From the NCBI GenBank assembly GCA_030704615.1, contig CM060732.1:42160001-42224000 (forward strand): DNA of 64,000 nt. The letters run 5' to 3'. The notes under the pieces are model-generated. The model was not told where the DNA came from. It worked only from the letters and a program-made list of their open reading frames with translations, and ran no database searches. This document shows, one piece after another, positions 1-11,806 of the stretch. A program made the position numbers and the translations under genes. The DNA is from Takakia lepidozioides (taxonomy: Eukaryota; Plantae; Bryophyta). Numbering within the stretch: position 1 is the stretch's first letter; each line of letters starts with the position of its first letter.

Positions 1-3000
1 ATCCGCGCCCCTGCTGTGCATGTCCTGCGATCATCACGTTCCACGACACCTCATTTCGCTCAGCCATATTGTTGAACACTCCCTTTGCATCTTCAATGCT
101 CCCACATTTGGCATACATGTCCACGAGGGTATTGTTCAGAATGACATCCGGTACAATTCCAGCTTTGACGATGTCACCATGGATCTCTTTGCCCTTATCC
201 AGGGCTCCCAGGCTTGCACACGCATTGCAAATGCAAACAAACATGACGTGGTCAGGCTTCACCCCTTCTCGCATCATTTGCTCATAGGTCTCCAAAGCCT
301 CTATCCCGTGCCCCTGCTGTGCATATCCTGCGATCATCGCGCACCACGACACCACATCTCGTTCAGCCACATTGTCAAACACTACCTTTGCATCTTCAAT
401 GCTCCCGCATTTGGCATACATGTCCACCAGGGCAGTGTTCAGAATGACATCGGGAACAATTCCAGCTTTCACGATGTCACCATGGACCTCTTTGCCCCTT
501 TCCAGGGCCGCCAGGCTTGCACATGCATTGCAAACGCAAACAAACGTGGCGTGGTTGGGTTTCACCCCTTCCCACATCATTTGCTCATAGGTCTCCAAAG
601 CCTCCATCCCACACCCCTGCTGTGCATATCCTGCGATCATTGCATTCCATGACATCACATCTCGTTCAGCCATGTGGTCAAACAATCCCTTTGCATCCTT
701 GATGTTTCCACATTTGACATACATGTTCAATAGAGCAGTGTTCAGAGAAACATCTGGTACAATTCCAGCTTTGAGGATGTCACCGTGAACCTCTTTGCCC
801 TTTTCCATGGCTGCCAGGCTCGCACACACATTGCAAACGGAAACAAACACGATGATGTCGGGCTTCACCCCTTCCCGCATCATTTGCTCATACGTCTCCA
901 AAGCCTCCATCCCGTCCCCCTGCTGTGCATATGCTGTGATCATTGCACTCCAGGACACCACATTTCGTTTAGCCATATTGGCAAACACTCCCTTTGCATC
1001 GTCAATGCTCCCACATTTCGCATACATGTCCACCATTGCAGTGTTCAGAATGACACCTGGTACAATCCCAGCTTTGATGATGTCAGCATGGACCTCTTTA
1101 CCCTTTTTCAGGGCTTCCAGGCTTGCACATGCATTGCAAACACAAACAAACGTGATGTGGTTGGGCTTCACCCCTTCCCGCATCATTTGCTCATAGGTCT
1201 CCAAAGCCTCCATCGCACGCCCCTGCTTTGCATACCCTGCGATCATCGTGTTCCATGACACCACATCTCGTGCAGCTATACTGTCAAACACTCGCTTTGC
1301 ATCCTCAATGCACCCACATTTGGCATACATGTCGACGAGGGTATTGTTCAGAATGACATCTGGTACAATTCCAGCTTTGACTATGTCACCATGGACCTCT
1401 TTGCCCTTTTGCAGGGCTGCCAGGCTTGCACATGCATTGCAAACGCAAACGAACGTGACCTGGTCTGGCTTCACCCCCTTCTGCATCATTTGCTCATAGG
1501 TCTCCAAAGCCTCCATCGCGCACCCATGCTGGCTGTATCCTGCGATCATTGCATTCCACGACACCACATTTCGTTGAGCCATAATGTCGAACACTCCCTT
1601 TGCATCCTTGATGCTCCCACATTTGGCATACATGTTCATCAGGGCAGTGTTCAACACGACATCTGGTACAATTCCAGCTTTGATGATGTCACCATGGACC
1701 TCTTTGCCCTTTTCCAGGGCTGCCAGACCCGTACACGCATTGCAAACGCAAACAAACGTAATGTGGTTGGGCTTCACCCCTTCCCGCATCATTTGCTCAT
1801 ATGTCTCCAAAGCATTCCTACCACACCCATGCTTGGTGAATCCTGCAATCATTATATTCCACGTGATCAAACCTCGTTCAGGCATTTTCTTGAACACTTG
1901 GTGTGCATCCACGATGCTCCCGCACTTAATATACATGTTGACAAGGGTATTGTATAGAAAAACGTTTGGCTTGAATCCACTTTGGATAATATGAGTGTGC
2001 ACCTGCTTTCCGGCTTCCAGGCCTTTCATCTTGATGGAGTTATGCAAGAGACGGACATAAGTATCTGAATCTGCTGAAATGCCTCCTTGGTTTAAAGTCA
2101 GTAGAGCCTCTTTCAGTTGCTCTTCCTCACATAGCATCCTCACATGCCAAGAAGTGCCAGAAGGGGCATGGTGGACTCCCTCTCTTGGCCTTCTTTCGGA
2201 AGCTCTGGTCATGGTGGACGTGCCTGATTTTATCAATTGTGCTGCTGCTGCTTCCAGCTGGCCATCTACCCATGCAGGTTTCTTGTAGCTATCAATCCAG
2301 AGGAAGTCATAGGTAAACTTGTGCTTGAAATCCGGCCCTCTCAGATGAATCTGGACCCACACTCCATCCCTAGCAGCTGACAATGACAGCCTGAGAACCC
2401 TACTTATGACACTAGCTCCTTTGCTGAATTGCTCCCAAGACTTGAAAGGTGTGATGGGGACTGAGAGGTTGACGATTTCCAAGAAAGCTTTGTAATGCAT
2501 CCTGTTGTCTGCTTTTCTGTAATCTAACAGGCATTCACCTTTTCTCCTCGATTGTCCCACCATTGACTGGAGTCCGAAAAATATTCATCCCAAAGCTTCT
2601 CCTCGTCTATGTTATCTGTTTTTGGATATTTCATGTTGCCACATTGTCAAAATCACTCCAAACCATGACTACGTGCTACTTTGCAGAATTCAACATGAGA
2701 AAACAGTGACTACTCTGACAAGAGAGCAAAACAGGCCGAAATGTGTTGAAGAAGAAGGTACCACATTGTCCTGGACCTTGTGCCATGAAAGCAGCTAGCT
2801 TTTCTTTCACCCACGGTGGATTCAACCAACCATCAACCCAAAAACACCTCTTGTGTGTGATGCTTGGGTCCTTAGTCAGGTGATCTCGGGTTGGTCTGCG
2901 AGAACACAACCACGATGTAGCTGAGCAGCCATAGGTTTAAACACGGCCTCCTAAGACCAAGCTGACCCTCCCAAGCACCTTGTAAACAGCAGAAAAAATG

Positions 3001-3263
3001 ATACTGATAGGAAGAGTCTACATTTGCAGAACGGGTAAAACTTCTTCACATCGTACACTAAGAGGCCACACCTTGCGATTGTCCCACCAATCTGAAGGAT
3101 CTTTAAAAAACTCATGCCAGCGCTGCTCCATGCTCTCCGGAAGGCCTTCCTGCCGGAAAATCCGACAGCCATCAACACTTTGGCCAGTTCCTTTATGGAG
3201 GAGTGCTAGTGAGCTTTCAAGAACACTCATGCAAGTCACATTGGGCTCCATTGGGCTCCACAC
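1..3263 (-). CDS. PLS-class PPR protein with N-terminal OSB-like PDF motifs (3' end outside window)
   Basis: Large exon from 2350 to the window edge translates as IHLRGPDFKHKFTYDFLWIDSYKKPAWV...LCEEEQLKEALLTLNQGGISADSDTYV...GKQVHTHIIQSGFKPNVFLYNTLVNMYIKCGS, followed by ~303-nt P-L-S triplets (LVDMYAKCGSI..A..VF....RDVVSW..MIAGYAQ.G). No minus-strand stop seen in the parts read. Upstream GT-AG exons at ~2539-2634, ~2761-2895 and ~3072-3263. The 2761-2895 exon has an in-frame TAA (2872-2874) and a frameshift, so the true start is uncertain. Confidence 0.88.
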
Positions 3264-3399
3264 AATGAGGAAAGTAGACCATGTCCAAACTACTCAGATG
3301 CTGAACAAAATTGTGTCTATAGTCTGGAGATTTTGCAGTGGTCTGTGAAATCGACCAGGGAGCACTGAGCAGCCAGTCTCACCCTCCCAAGTACTTTCC

Positions 3400-3745
3400 A
3401 AACCCCAGGGAAACCAGCCGGGTTGATTCTTTAATACCCTAGTTGATACCCTGCTTCATGGTTGACACTTGACACGTTGATACCAAGGGTAAATCATTTA
3501 CCCGGATTTATCCGGCAGGTGAATCAGGGTAGAGGTAAATGATTTACCCGGGTTGGCCCATTTCATTTACACGGGTAAATAAAATAGTCCGAAAGAAAAA
3601 AAATAAAAAAATAAAAAAAATCTGATACCCTTACCCTTACCCGTCTGAAGTGTAAATAATTCCCATATACCCTTTATCCACAAGTAAATGTTTAATAGTT
3701 GAGGATAAATAAAAAGGGTAAATAAAAAAATCTAGGGTATCTTGT
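3400..3745. repeat. Possible MITE/DNA-transposon remnant
   Basis: Repeated TTTACCC/GGGTAAA motifs, palindromes GGGTAAATCATTTACCC (~3487) and GGTAAATGATTTACC (~3534), and short inverted ends ATACCCTAG...CTAGGGTAT. No clear TSD. Confidence 0.3.
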
Positions 3746-4029
3746 ATCTTGGCACTTCTTCTTCCTCGTGGAGTCTGGAAAGCGCAAACGATCTTTCTAT
3801 CATCTCCACCACAAATGACTCTGCATTGAAGTCCGCCCGGTGGCCATTATCTAGTACATTGCATACCATAGTATATTAGTAGTCACATTTTGCTTTGTTT
3901 CATTATTATCTATTACCTCGATTATCTATTACCTTTCTATCCTAATGTGAAGAAACATGCTCATGATCAGCAATGATACGATACAACTTATCAGTCTCAT
4001 ATTTTTTCTTTAAAAAAAAAAAAAAACCA

Positions 4030-5864
4030 AGGACGTAAGCCATTTAGTTTATTAAAGGGAAAAAATAAACCCATTGATACCATAAAGTACTATAATACAT
4101 TTGGAGGATGAGGGATGAGCTGAGAAAGAGAGAAGACTCCGGCCGAGGCCGGCGTAACTAAAAGCCACTTCGCCTTACGGCTACTGCCCCTCTTTCGGGG
4201 GTGGGCCCTATAAAGAAAGTAGGTATCCAGGGGACACCGGGTAGCCAGGTAGGGAGCGAAGCGCCGTGAGGTATATCGCTTTGAAGCATTTATAGATAGA
4301 AGTGATAGGGAGTTTAAAGTTGTTTTGAAGTGCAGAAATGTTGGCATTATGTATACCCCCTCTGGTGCCAGCGGTGATGACAGTAAGCGGGCCTGTGACC
4401 CAACCCCGGCAGCGGATAGCAGTGATAAGTGACGCATATTTTTGGCTTTTTTTTAGGATAGAGGAGCTTGGAAAGCGGTCATGGCAGTATGTAAATTCTA
4501 TGAAGTGTATGGTAATGGCTCTGGAAGGGACAATGGGAGAGGAAGCGTTAATGGGGAGTCCGTAGACTAGTAGGATATCCGGGCATAGTCTAGCGGGGCA
4601 AGTGCATGGTGCGTGAGATCGGCATACACGTTAACCATGTAGGTATTGTATGATCTGGGGGTCGACCTTGGTAGGCGCATGGGATGAGCCCAGACCAATG
4701 CTAGAGAGACTGTTATATAAAATAGCGAGAGCCTAGAATTAACTAGAAAACCATGGAATAAGCCTAAGAGGCCAATGACGGGATGGAATATGGGCGACCA
4801 TTATCGACCAACCCCTTACCATGCAGGGTGCCAAAAAATGAATGCAAAAGTGAGAGTGAGCATACAAAATGGTAGAGACACTACATATGTAACCATAAGG
4901 CTACCCCTTAGACCCTAGCTTGCGAAAAGTTGCGAGTGTGTAGTAGAGCCGACTAGCAAGGAGGTCCAATTTACTTGTCGAACCTGAGCTTCACTGAGCT
5001 CCTTCCCGGGCGGTGCTTCCAGTTAATGTCCTTCTCGAAATCCGGGGGAGTTAGGGAAAAAACGCGCTCCTACCTCCCCAGCACTGAAGGGTTGAACTCC
5101 ATGTACAAGTGTCTGGCGAAGGGCTGGAGCAGAGGATTCCCTGCTTGGCCCAGGAATCTTTGAAGGTCCTGTGGAGAGTAAATTGAGCCTCAGGATGTCT
5201 GGCGATGTATGTAGTCAATTTCAACCAAGCTTTCCTAGCCTTAGTTTGAGCATAGTTAAAAAAACCATAGCCAACAGCATTGAAATCGTGCAATTGAAGT
5301 TGTTAAAGGTCCATTGGCATCTTGTTTTCCATATGTGCCATAGCCCAGCAGCTCTGATTGTTTCAGACGTCTGGCAAGATGATGCAAGATGTTTTGTTGA
5401 TGGATCGAAGTTGAGTAGCAAGGTTGTGGGCGAGAGAGGGGTCGGTGCCCAGGTTCGAAGGACCAAGTTGAGAATAGGCCAGATTTTGGATGGAATTTTA
5501 CAGTAAATGAGGTAGTGCTCAATCGATTCCACCATGTCCCCCAACGAACAACACCTGCATATATATGAGAGCATCTGAGAATTGGAGCCAACGCCAACTT
5601 TGAGGATTCTGTTCGCCACCTGCCAAATGAACGCGCTAATCTTTGCAAGTCTCGTTTTCACCCAAATTCCATTCCAGATTTCTTTCCAATGTTCTTCATG
5701 GAAATTGTAGGGCCTCCATATGACATCCCATTTGGAAATGAGGAGGGGAGAGGCATTGAGGCATTTATAGCCTTTTTTCGCAGTGTACTGGAGGAGTGAA
5801 AGAGACCCACTTGTTCTCCAAGACCACTCTTTTGGATCCAAACTAAGGGCCATAAGGGGCTTGC
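4030..5864 (-). mobile_element. LINE (L1-like) 3' portion: zf-RVT region of ORF2 and probable 3' UTR
   Basis: Translation W..IW......KISAFIWQVANRIL...CRCC....ESIEHYLIYC..SKIW...LWHIWKTRC is typical of the C-terminal zinc finger of plant L1 ORF2. The 3' boundary near a minus-strand AATAAA (~4050) is tentative. Confidence 0.75.
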
Positions 5865-6256
5865 TGTCAAGGACAAGAACATGGCTGAACACAAACAAGA
5901 GATCAGACAAGAAGTCAAGGTTGGCGTGGCCGAATGCACGATGAGTAAATAGGAATCAAGACAATCTTTATAACAATGAACAAGAGTACAAGATATTGGA
6001 ACACGACTTGAATACTGGAATGCTGGAAACTGGGCTAGAGTACTGGAAACTGGAAACAAGAGTAGCTTGAACTGGTGTACAACTCCAATGTATCTGGTTC
6101 CTGCGACTCCATACTGCCAATACAAGATGCAAGAGTGCTGGAAGTGTAGCTATATATACTGATGTGTGGTGTTCATCCTTCCTTAGCGTGTATCAGGTAC
6201 ATTGAATGTGGAGTCTTCACCTTGAAGCTAACTTGACTGACATCTGACATCTGACA
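5865..6256 (-). repeat. 3' LTR of the chromovirus (U3 differs from the 5' LTR)
   Basis: 5865-~6078 aligns with 11807-~12066; the remainder is unrelated to the 5' LTR but has its own TATATATA (~6151). Inner boundary near the CTGACAT repeats is approximate. Confidence 0.75.
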
Positions 6257-6299
6257 TCTTATGGACGTGTAGCTCGGGGCTTAGCTGGATATCATTGAT

Positions 6300-6558
6300 G
6301 AAACTCTTGGACTTTGTCAGATTCATTGGCGAGGTTGGATGAATGTTCTCACGTTCGTTCGCTGATGTCATAGCCTTTCCAATGTATGAAATACTCAAGA
6401 CGTTTATACTTGAAGCGAGAGTCTAGGACTTCGTCGACTTCATACTCAATTTCCTGATTGACTTCGATTGGTTGAAGTGGTACAGAGACACTCCCTGGAA
6501 TATTCGATGGATGATACAACTCCAATAATGAAACATGAAAGACTGGATGGATGCGCAT
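6300..6558 (-). pseudogene. Integrase C-terminus and chromodomain of the chromovirus
   Basis: RIHPVFHVSLLE...EYEVDEVLDSRFKYKRLEYFIHWKGYDISERT*: group I chromodomain with a stop at the conserved W. Confidence 0.88.
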
Positions 6559-7520
6559 ACACGAGACCAGGTGTGTAGTTTAGGCCACCTTCACCTCCTG
6601 TGTCTTCTACGGAAGGTTCTGATTGGGATTGTGAATCAGGAGGATTCATACCGGCGGTGCAAGTTGTTTCCTTGCTATTGTTGTGGGACACAATGGGAGA
6701 GATGTATGGAGCTACCAAGGGGCCACGAAGGTACTCTGGGGCAGTGGGCACCATCAAGTTGGATGATTTTATCCAAGAGTTTGATAGTTGGTGTGATTTG
6801 CAGCAAATGCGCAATCCACAACTATTTACGCCTTTCATGGCATGGAAGGGGTTGTTTCAGCACCTTGAGGGGCCGCCTATGGACGATTACCATGAGTTCA
6901 GGCGGGGGCATGAGGTTGAGATCGAGGAGTGGAGGATGTACTGGTCACCCGACTATGTCTCCATCACTAGGGGCACTAGAATCACGAGGGCAGTGGCTAC
7001 ATCTGTCGTTGCACCGGCAGCTTCAGCAAGCAGCAGTGGGACTAGTAGGACTGGTGGTATCGTAGCTACGACGTCCACCCAAGCCACTACCGCACCAGCA
7101 CCAGTACCCGTGCCTGCCTTCAACCATGTTGTGAAGTTCTTCGAAGAGTTGAGAGGGAACTACCAAGAAGTTGCGGAGCAAGAGTTCCAACGGAAGCCTA
7201 CTGAGAGCTTGAGGGAGGCTTTCACTCGCATGAGGCGATTGATAAATGTAACCCAAGGGGTTACAGAAGCTCAGGCAGTCCAATTCTAGTATGGGCTTTG
7301 ATTCAGATGAGGACTCAAGATCTCTGGGAGGCAGGTTTGGTGGAGCTCTCTGGTGGAGAGTATGCTTGAGCCACAGTGATGCCAGCCAAGAATGATGTCT
7401 ATGGCAATTGGACGGAGAGACGTATGTGCGGTGATTACCGGCCTGTAAATCGTCAGACCAAGTCCGATAAGTATGTCATGCCAACACCAGAGGAGATCTT
7501 TGATGCCATCGGGCATGCTA
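6559..7520 (+). mobile_element. Captured gag + RT fragments of the DNMT-bearing gypsy family, inserted in the chromovirus integrase
   Basis: 6559-~7292 is paralogous to the gag at 20120-20850 (LLWDTM.EMYGATKGPR.YSGAVGTIKLDDFI.EFDSWCD). ~7293-7520 is paralogous to the RT at 15625-15855 (ATVMPAK.D.YGNWTERRMCGDYRPVNRQTKSD). No LTRs. Confidence 0.85.
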
Positions 7521-10500
7521 AGGTTTTTAGGGAGTTCAATCCGAAAACTGACCGCATTTATTTGTCGAATATTTTTGAATGGTCCCAGGCGTTGATAATC
7601 CAACTTCCTTGATGGTCGCGAGGTTTGTATATCCCGTCGAAGAAGCCACACACAATCTCCGACCTTGAACTGGGGTTGGAGTTGGCGGCGTTGATCTGCA
7701 TACTCCTTGTATTGTTTTTGAGCTTCTGCGAGGTGGGATGTAAGCTCCTTGTGAATCGTAGCAAGATGAGTAGCAAGGTTTTCTGCAGCAGGGCTTCCAA
7801 CAGTCTTCATGTGGAAAGGGTTTGCTCGAGGATGATGACCATAATTGGAGAAAAATGAAGTTTGCTTGGTCGAAGAATGTATAGTGTTGTTGTAGGCAAA
7901 CTCAGCCAATGACAAAAGGTCCGTCCAATTATCTTGGTGATAATTTATCGTACAGCGAAGATACTGCTCCAAAATCTGGTTTATACGTTCGGTTTGAATA
8001 TCAGTCTCTGGATGATTAGCTGTAGAGAGGTTGATCTTAGTATCCAATATGTGAAATAATCCCCTCCAGAAATTTGATATGAACTGTGGTCCTCGATCAG
8101 ATACGATGTCCTTCGGGAATCCATGAATGCGGTAAATATTATTGAGGAAGAGTCTTGCAGTTTCCTCGCCGGTAACCGTCTTATTACATGGAATGAAATG
8201 TGTCATCTTCGTAAAACGATCTACAATAACAAGGATTGAATTGGTGGTCTTGGAGGTTGGAAGGTCCGTAATAAAGTCCATAGACACGGACGACCATGGA
8301 CCCTTGGGAATGGGTAATGGTTGAAGAGGGCCGAAAGGTCGATGTCATGGTCCTTTCGCTCTAGCACACGTGTCGCAAGATTTTATAAATTCTTTCACGA
8401 GTTTCCACATCTGCGGCCACCAATAGTCCCTGGATATCAATTCCATTGTTTTGTTGAAGCCGAAATGTCCTGCAACCGGAAGATCATGACACGTTTGAAG
8501 AATTCGAAGTCGTGTAGGTCCTGGAGGTACATAGAGAAGTCCCTTGAAATAAAGTAAGTCATCTTTGAACTCGAAGTCGTTTGTAACATGTGGGTTATCT
8601 CGTTGTTGATTTAGTTGACTTTGTAGTGTGGTAGCAAATTGGTCGTTCTTTAGTGCTTCCTAAATCTCCTTTATGATCTCTGCATCGTCATAGGTGGACA
8701 TGGATAGCCTATTCAATTGGAGATTTACTGGTTTCAAGATGATGGATTTTTGTTGGTCAAAAGCTGCATCCTCTTCTTTTGGCGCAAGATACGATCGTCG
8801 AGAAAGAGCATCTGATTTTCCTTGAAGATGTTCGGGACGGTAGGTAATAACAAAATCAAACTTTGCTAGTGACATACTTCATCTCGCTTGACGTCGATTC
8901 AAAACACGAGCACTCATAAAATACTCGAGGTTTTTATGATCGGTATAGACAGTGACCTGATGTTGAGCTCCATCCAATAGATGACGACACTCTTCAAAAG
9001 CATCGATAATCGCTAGAAGTTCTTTGTCATGGATTTCATAATTGATCTCCGCAGCGGAAAATTTGCGAGAACGAAAACCAACAGGATGAAGTCGGTCATC
9101 TGTACCGTATTGAGAGAGTACCGCGCCAAATGCAAAGTCCGATGCATCTGCTTCCAAAAATAATGGTTTAGATGGATCTGCATGTACCAGTATTGGAGCC
9201 GTTGTAAATGCCTGCTTCAGTCTTTCAAATGTTTGGTCAGCCTTCTCGTTCCATACAAATTTGTCCTTCCCTGTGAGTCGTGTCATTGGTGCAGCAATTT
9301 TGGATTAGTCATGGATGAAGATTCTATAGAAATTTGCAAATCCTAGAAAACATTATACATCTCGGACCGAAGTTGGTTTAATCCACTCGATGATGGTTTG
9401 TATTTTCTTCTGATCCATAAAGACTCATTTGTCGGAAATAATGTAGCCCAAAAATTTGACTTCAGATTGGTGGAAAAGTCATTTTTCCAACTTGGCATAT
9501 AGTTTTTTTTCTCTCAATTTATCAAGGACAAGGCGTACATGGCGACCAGGTTCTTTTTCATTCTGTGAAAATATCAAAATGTCGTCCAAATAGATGACTA
9601 CAAAGTCATCTAAAAATTCTCGAAAGATGTCATTCATCATGTGTTGAAAAATTGTTGGAGCATTTGTAAGACCGAAAGGCATAACACTGTATTCGAAATA
9701 TCCATACCTTGTGCGAAAAGCAGTCTTCCATTCATCTCCTTCTTTTATTTGTACAAGGTTGTAAGCTCCTCTCAAGTTGATATTTATGAAAAAATTTGCT
9801 CGTCTAAGTTGTTCAAGGAGTCCGGAAATCAGCGGTAGTGGGTAACAATTTTTTACAGTGACTTTGTTGAGCCCACAATAGTCCACACACATGCGTAACG
9901 ATCTGCCCTTCTTCTTCACAAATAAGATAGGCGCTCCCGCGGGTGATTTTGAATGTTGAATGAAATTTATTGACAAATTTTCATCAATGTATTCGCGTAA
10001 AGCAACCAGCTCCGTCTGAGATAAATTGTAGATTGGGCCGAATGGTGGTTGAGATCCTTCTTGCAACTCAATTGCACAATCATAAGGTCGATGTTCTGAC
10101 AAAATGTCTACATTTTTCTTCTCGAATGCGTCCTTGAAATCTTGATATTGAATGGGTAATGTCGAAGTACCTTAGTATGTTGTGGTTTTGATCGGAGTCG
10201 CATAAAGTGCAAATGTCGCGTCTTTCTTCGTAGCTCTCATGAAGGCTTTAGCTCCAAGAAACAAGGGTTGAATACCTTTGGTACTTTTGCATTTTTGTCT
10301 TGCCGAAATTTTTCGTGATCGCCAGTCGATGTCAGGATTATGAAGGACAAACCAGGGAAGTCCAAGGATCACACGATTCGTTGGAGACTGGATGACATTG
10401 AAAACAATCTGTGATGCTTGATTTTTAAGCTTCACTTCAAGGGGTCGAGTTTCATGGTCAATATTCCCTGATGCTAACGGTCGTCCATCGATGACTTCAA

Positions 10501-10750
10501 CAGGGGCCGAGAATTTCTTTCTTACGAGCGTTAAATTGTGTTGCTTCGCAAAGTCTTTGTTAATAAAACACACTGAAGCGCCGAGTCCAAAAGTGCTTCT
10601 ACGGAGATGTCTCGATTTTGCATCCTGATCTTTATTGGAACTATGAAACAAGGTACAGGGTCTAGAGGTAGAAAAAGATTTTTTTTTTTTTGAGGAAATT
10701 GGGGTGTCCAGCCGCATAGTCCCTACTGTGACTGGACATCTTCGTTTTTC
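7521..10750 (-). pseudogene. Chromovirus pol (protease-RT-RNase H-integrase), frameshifted
   Basis: Protease (...ASVCFINKDF...VILGLPWF), RT (SPAGAPILFVKKK...LRMCVDY...YLDDILIFS), RNase H (EADASDFAFGAVLSQ...NYEIHDKELLAI...TDHKNL), integrase (SMDFITDLP...VSDRGPQF...HPETD.QTERINQ, GPF motif). Confidence 0.93.
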
Positions 10751-11768
10751 GACCTTCTCGTATTGAACACTTGAGTGGTGCCCCGAGTTTTGAATCTTCT
10801 CTTGTTGGGGCAGTTTAATGCCATGTGAGCCTCTTCTCCGCAATAAAGGCATAATCCATTCGAGCGCCATATTTGTTTTTCTTGTGGCGTCAATGGCTTG
10901 AATCGGACAGCATCAATCTGCATATGATCATTACTGGATGTCTGATGGATTGTTGTATTTGGTGTCGTAGTAGCAGCGGCATGGTGCGTCGTCGACCATC
11001 CAGATCGTTTATCTTGACGTCTTTCGAACAAACGATTATCGCATGCAATGACTTGGGTGATGAATTCGCTCAGTGTACTCACGTTTGGCATTGTCAGCAA
11101 CAAATCATTAACATCCTCTTTTAGGCCACATCAAATTGACTAATGAGGCTCTTCTCATTCCAGTCGAGGTCGCACGCAAGTTATCGAAATTCGGCAGCAT
11201 AAACGGAAGCTGGACGTGCTCTTTGTCGAAGATTTCGCATCTTTGTCTTAGCAACTCTCTTTCTATCATTCTCTCCAAATATTGCAGTAAACTCGGACAT
11301 GAACGCTTCAAAATTGTATAGTAAATGCGAATTTTTCTCTGATAGCGGTGCAAACCAAGATAGGGTAGTGCCTGATAGAATGGTGCCCACGAATCCCACT
11401 TGAATACCTTCATCAGAGTAGCGTTATGAATGTAGTCGTAGGAACAATCGTACTTGTTGAACAAAACCGCGAAATCTTGATCTCGTCCCATCAAATTTCT
11501 CGGACATGCTGACCTTTGGTTCCCTTGTAATCTGTTGAAGATTTGGAGGAACCGTTGCTGTAGGATTTCTTGTAGTAGGGACTCGTAAGGTTGAAGATCC
11601 ATTGTTCGACTCCTTCAACTCTGAAATTTGTTGTTGCAAATTGTTGAGAGCATTGTCAAGGTCTTGAGACTGATCAGTTTGTAGTTGGGCAATAGAGGCA
11701 CGAAGTTCTTGCATCTGGAGCTGAAGACTTTGCAATGTGGCGACCATTTCCGCAAATGTGCCTTCCAT
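10723..11768 (-). pseudogene. Chromovirus gag
   Basis: Coiled-coil N-terminus, EPKVSMSEKFDGTRSRFRGFVQQ, LRQRARPASVYAAEFR, MQIDAVR and zinc knuckle CLYCGEEAHMALNC; split by stops. Confidence 0.88.
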
Positions 11769-11793
11769 CTTAACTAACTAAGGAAAAAACTTT

Positions 11794-11804
11794 AGTCTCG
11801 CCAA
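11794..11804 (-). promoter_or_regulatory. Self-priming primer-binding site (Tf1-type)
   Basis: Minus strand TTGGCGAGACT, 2 nt inside the 5' LTR boundary, is the exact complement of AGTCTCGCCAA (minus strand, 12077-12067) lying just downstream of the LTR TATA box. Confidence 0.75.
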
Positions 11805-11806
11805 AC

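Noticed and set aside
20-1994. Long repetitive plus-strand ORFs (His/Cys-rich)
   Set aside because: Antisense shadows of the minus-strand PPR exon, which is missing from the ORF track because it has no stop inside the window.
5221-5910. 229-aa ORF as a stand-alone gene
   Set aside because: Its first residues come from the LTR; the rest is LINE ORF2.
7286-7520. Novel C-terminal extension of the chromovirus integrase
   Set aside because: Read-through into the antisense strand of the inserted RT fragment.
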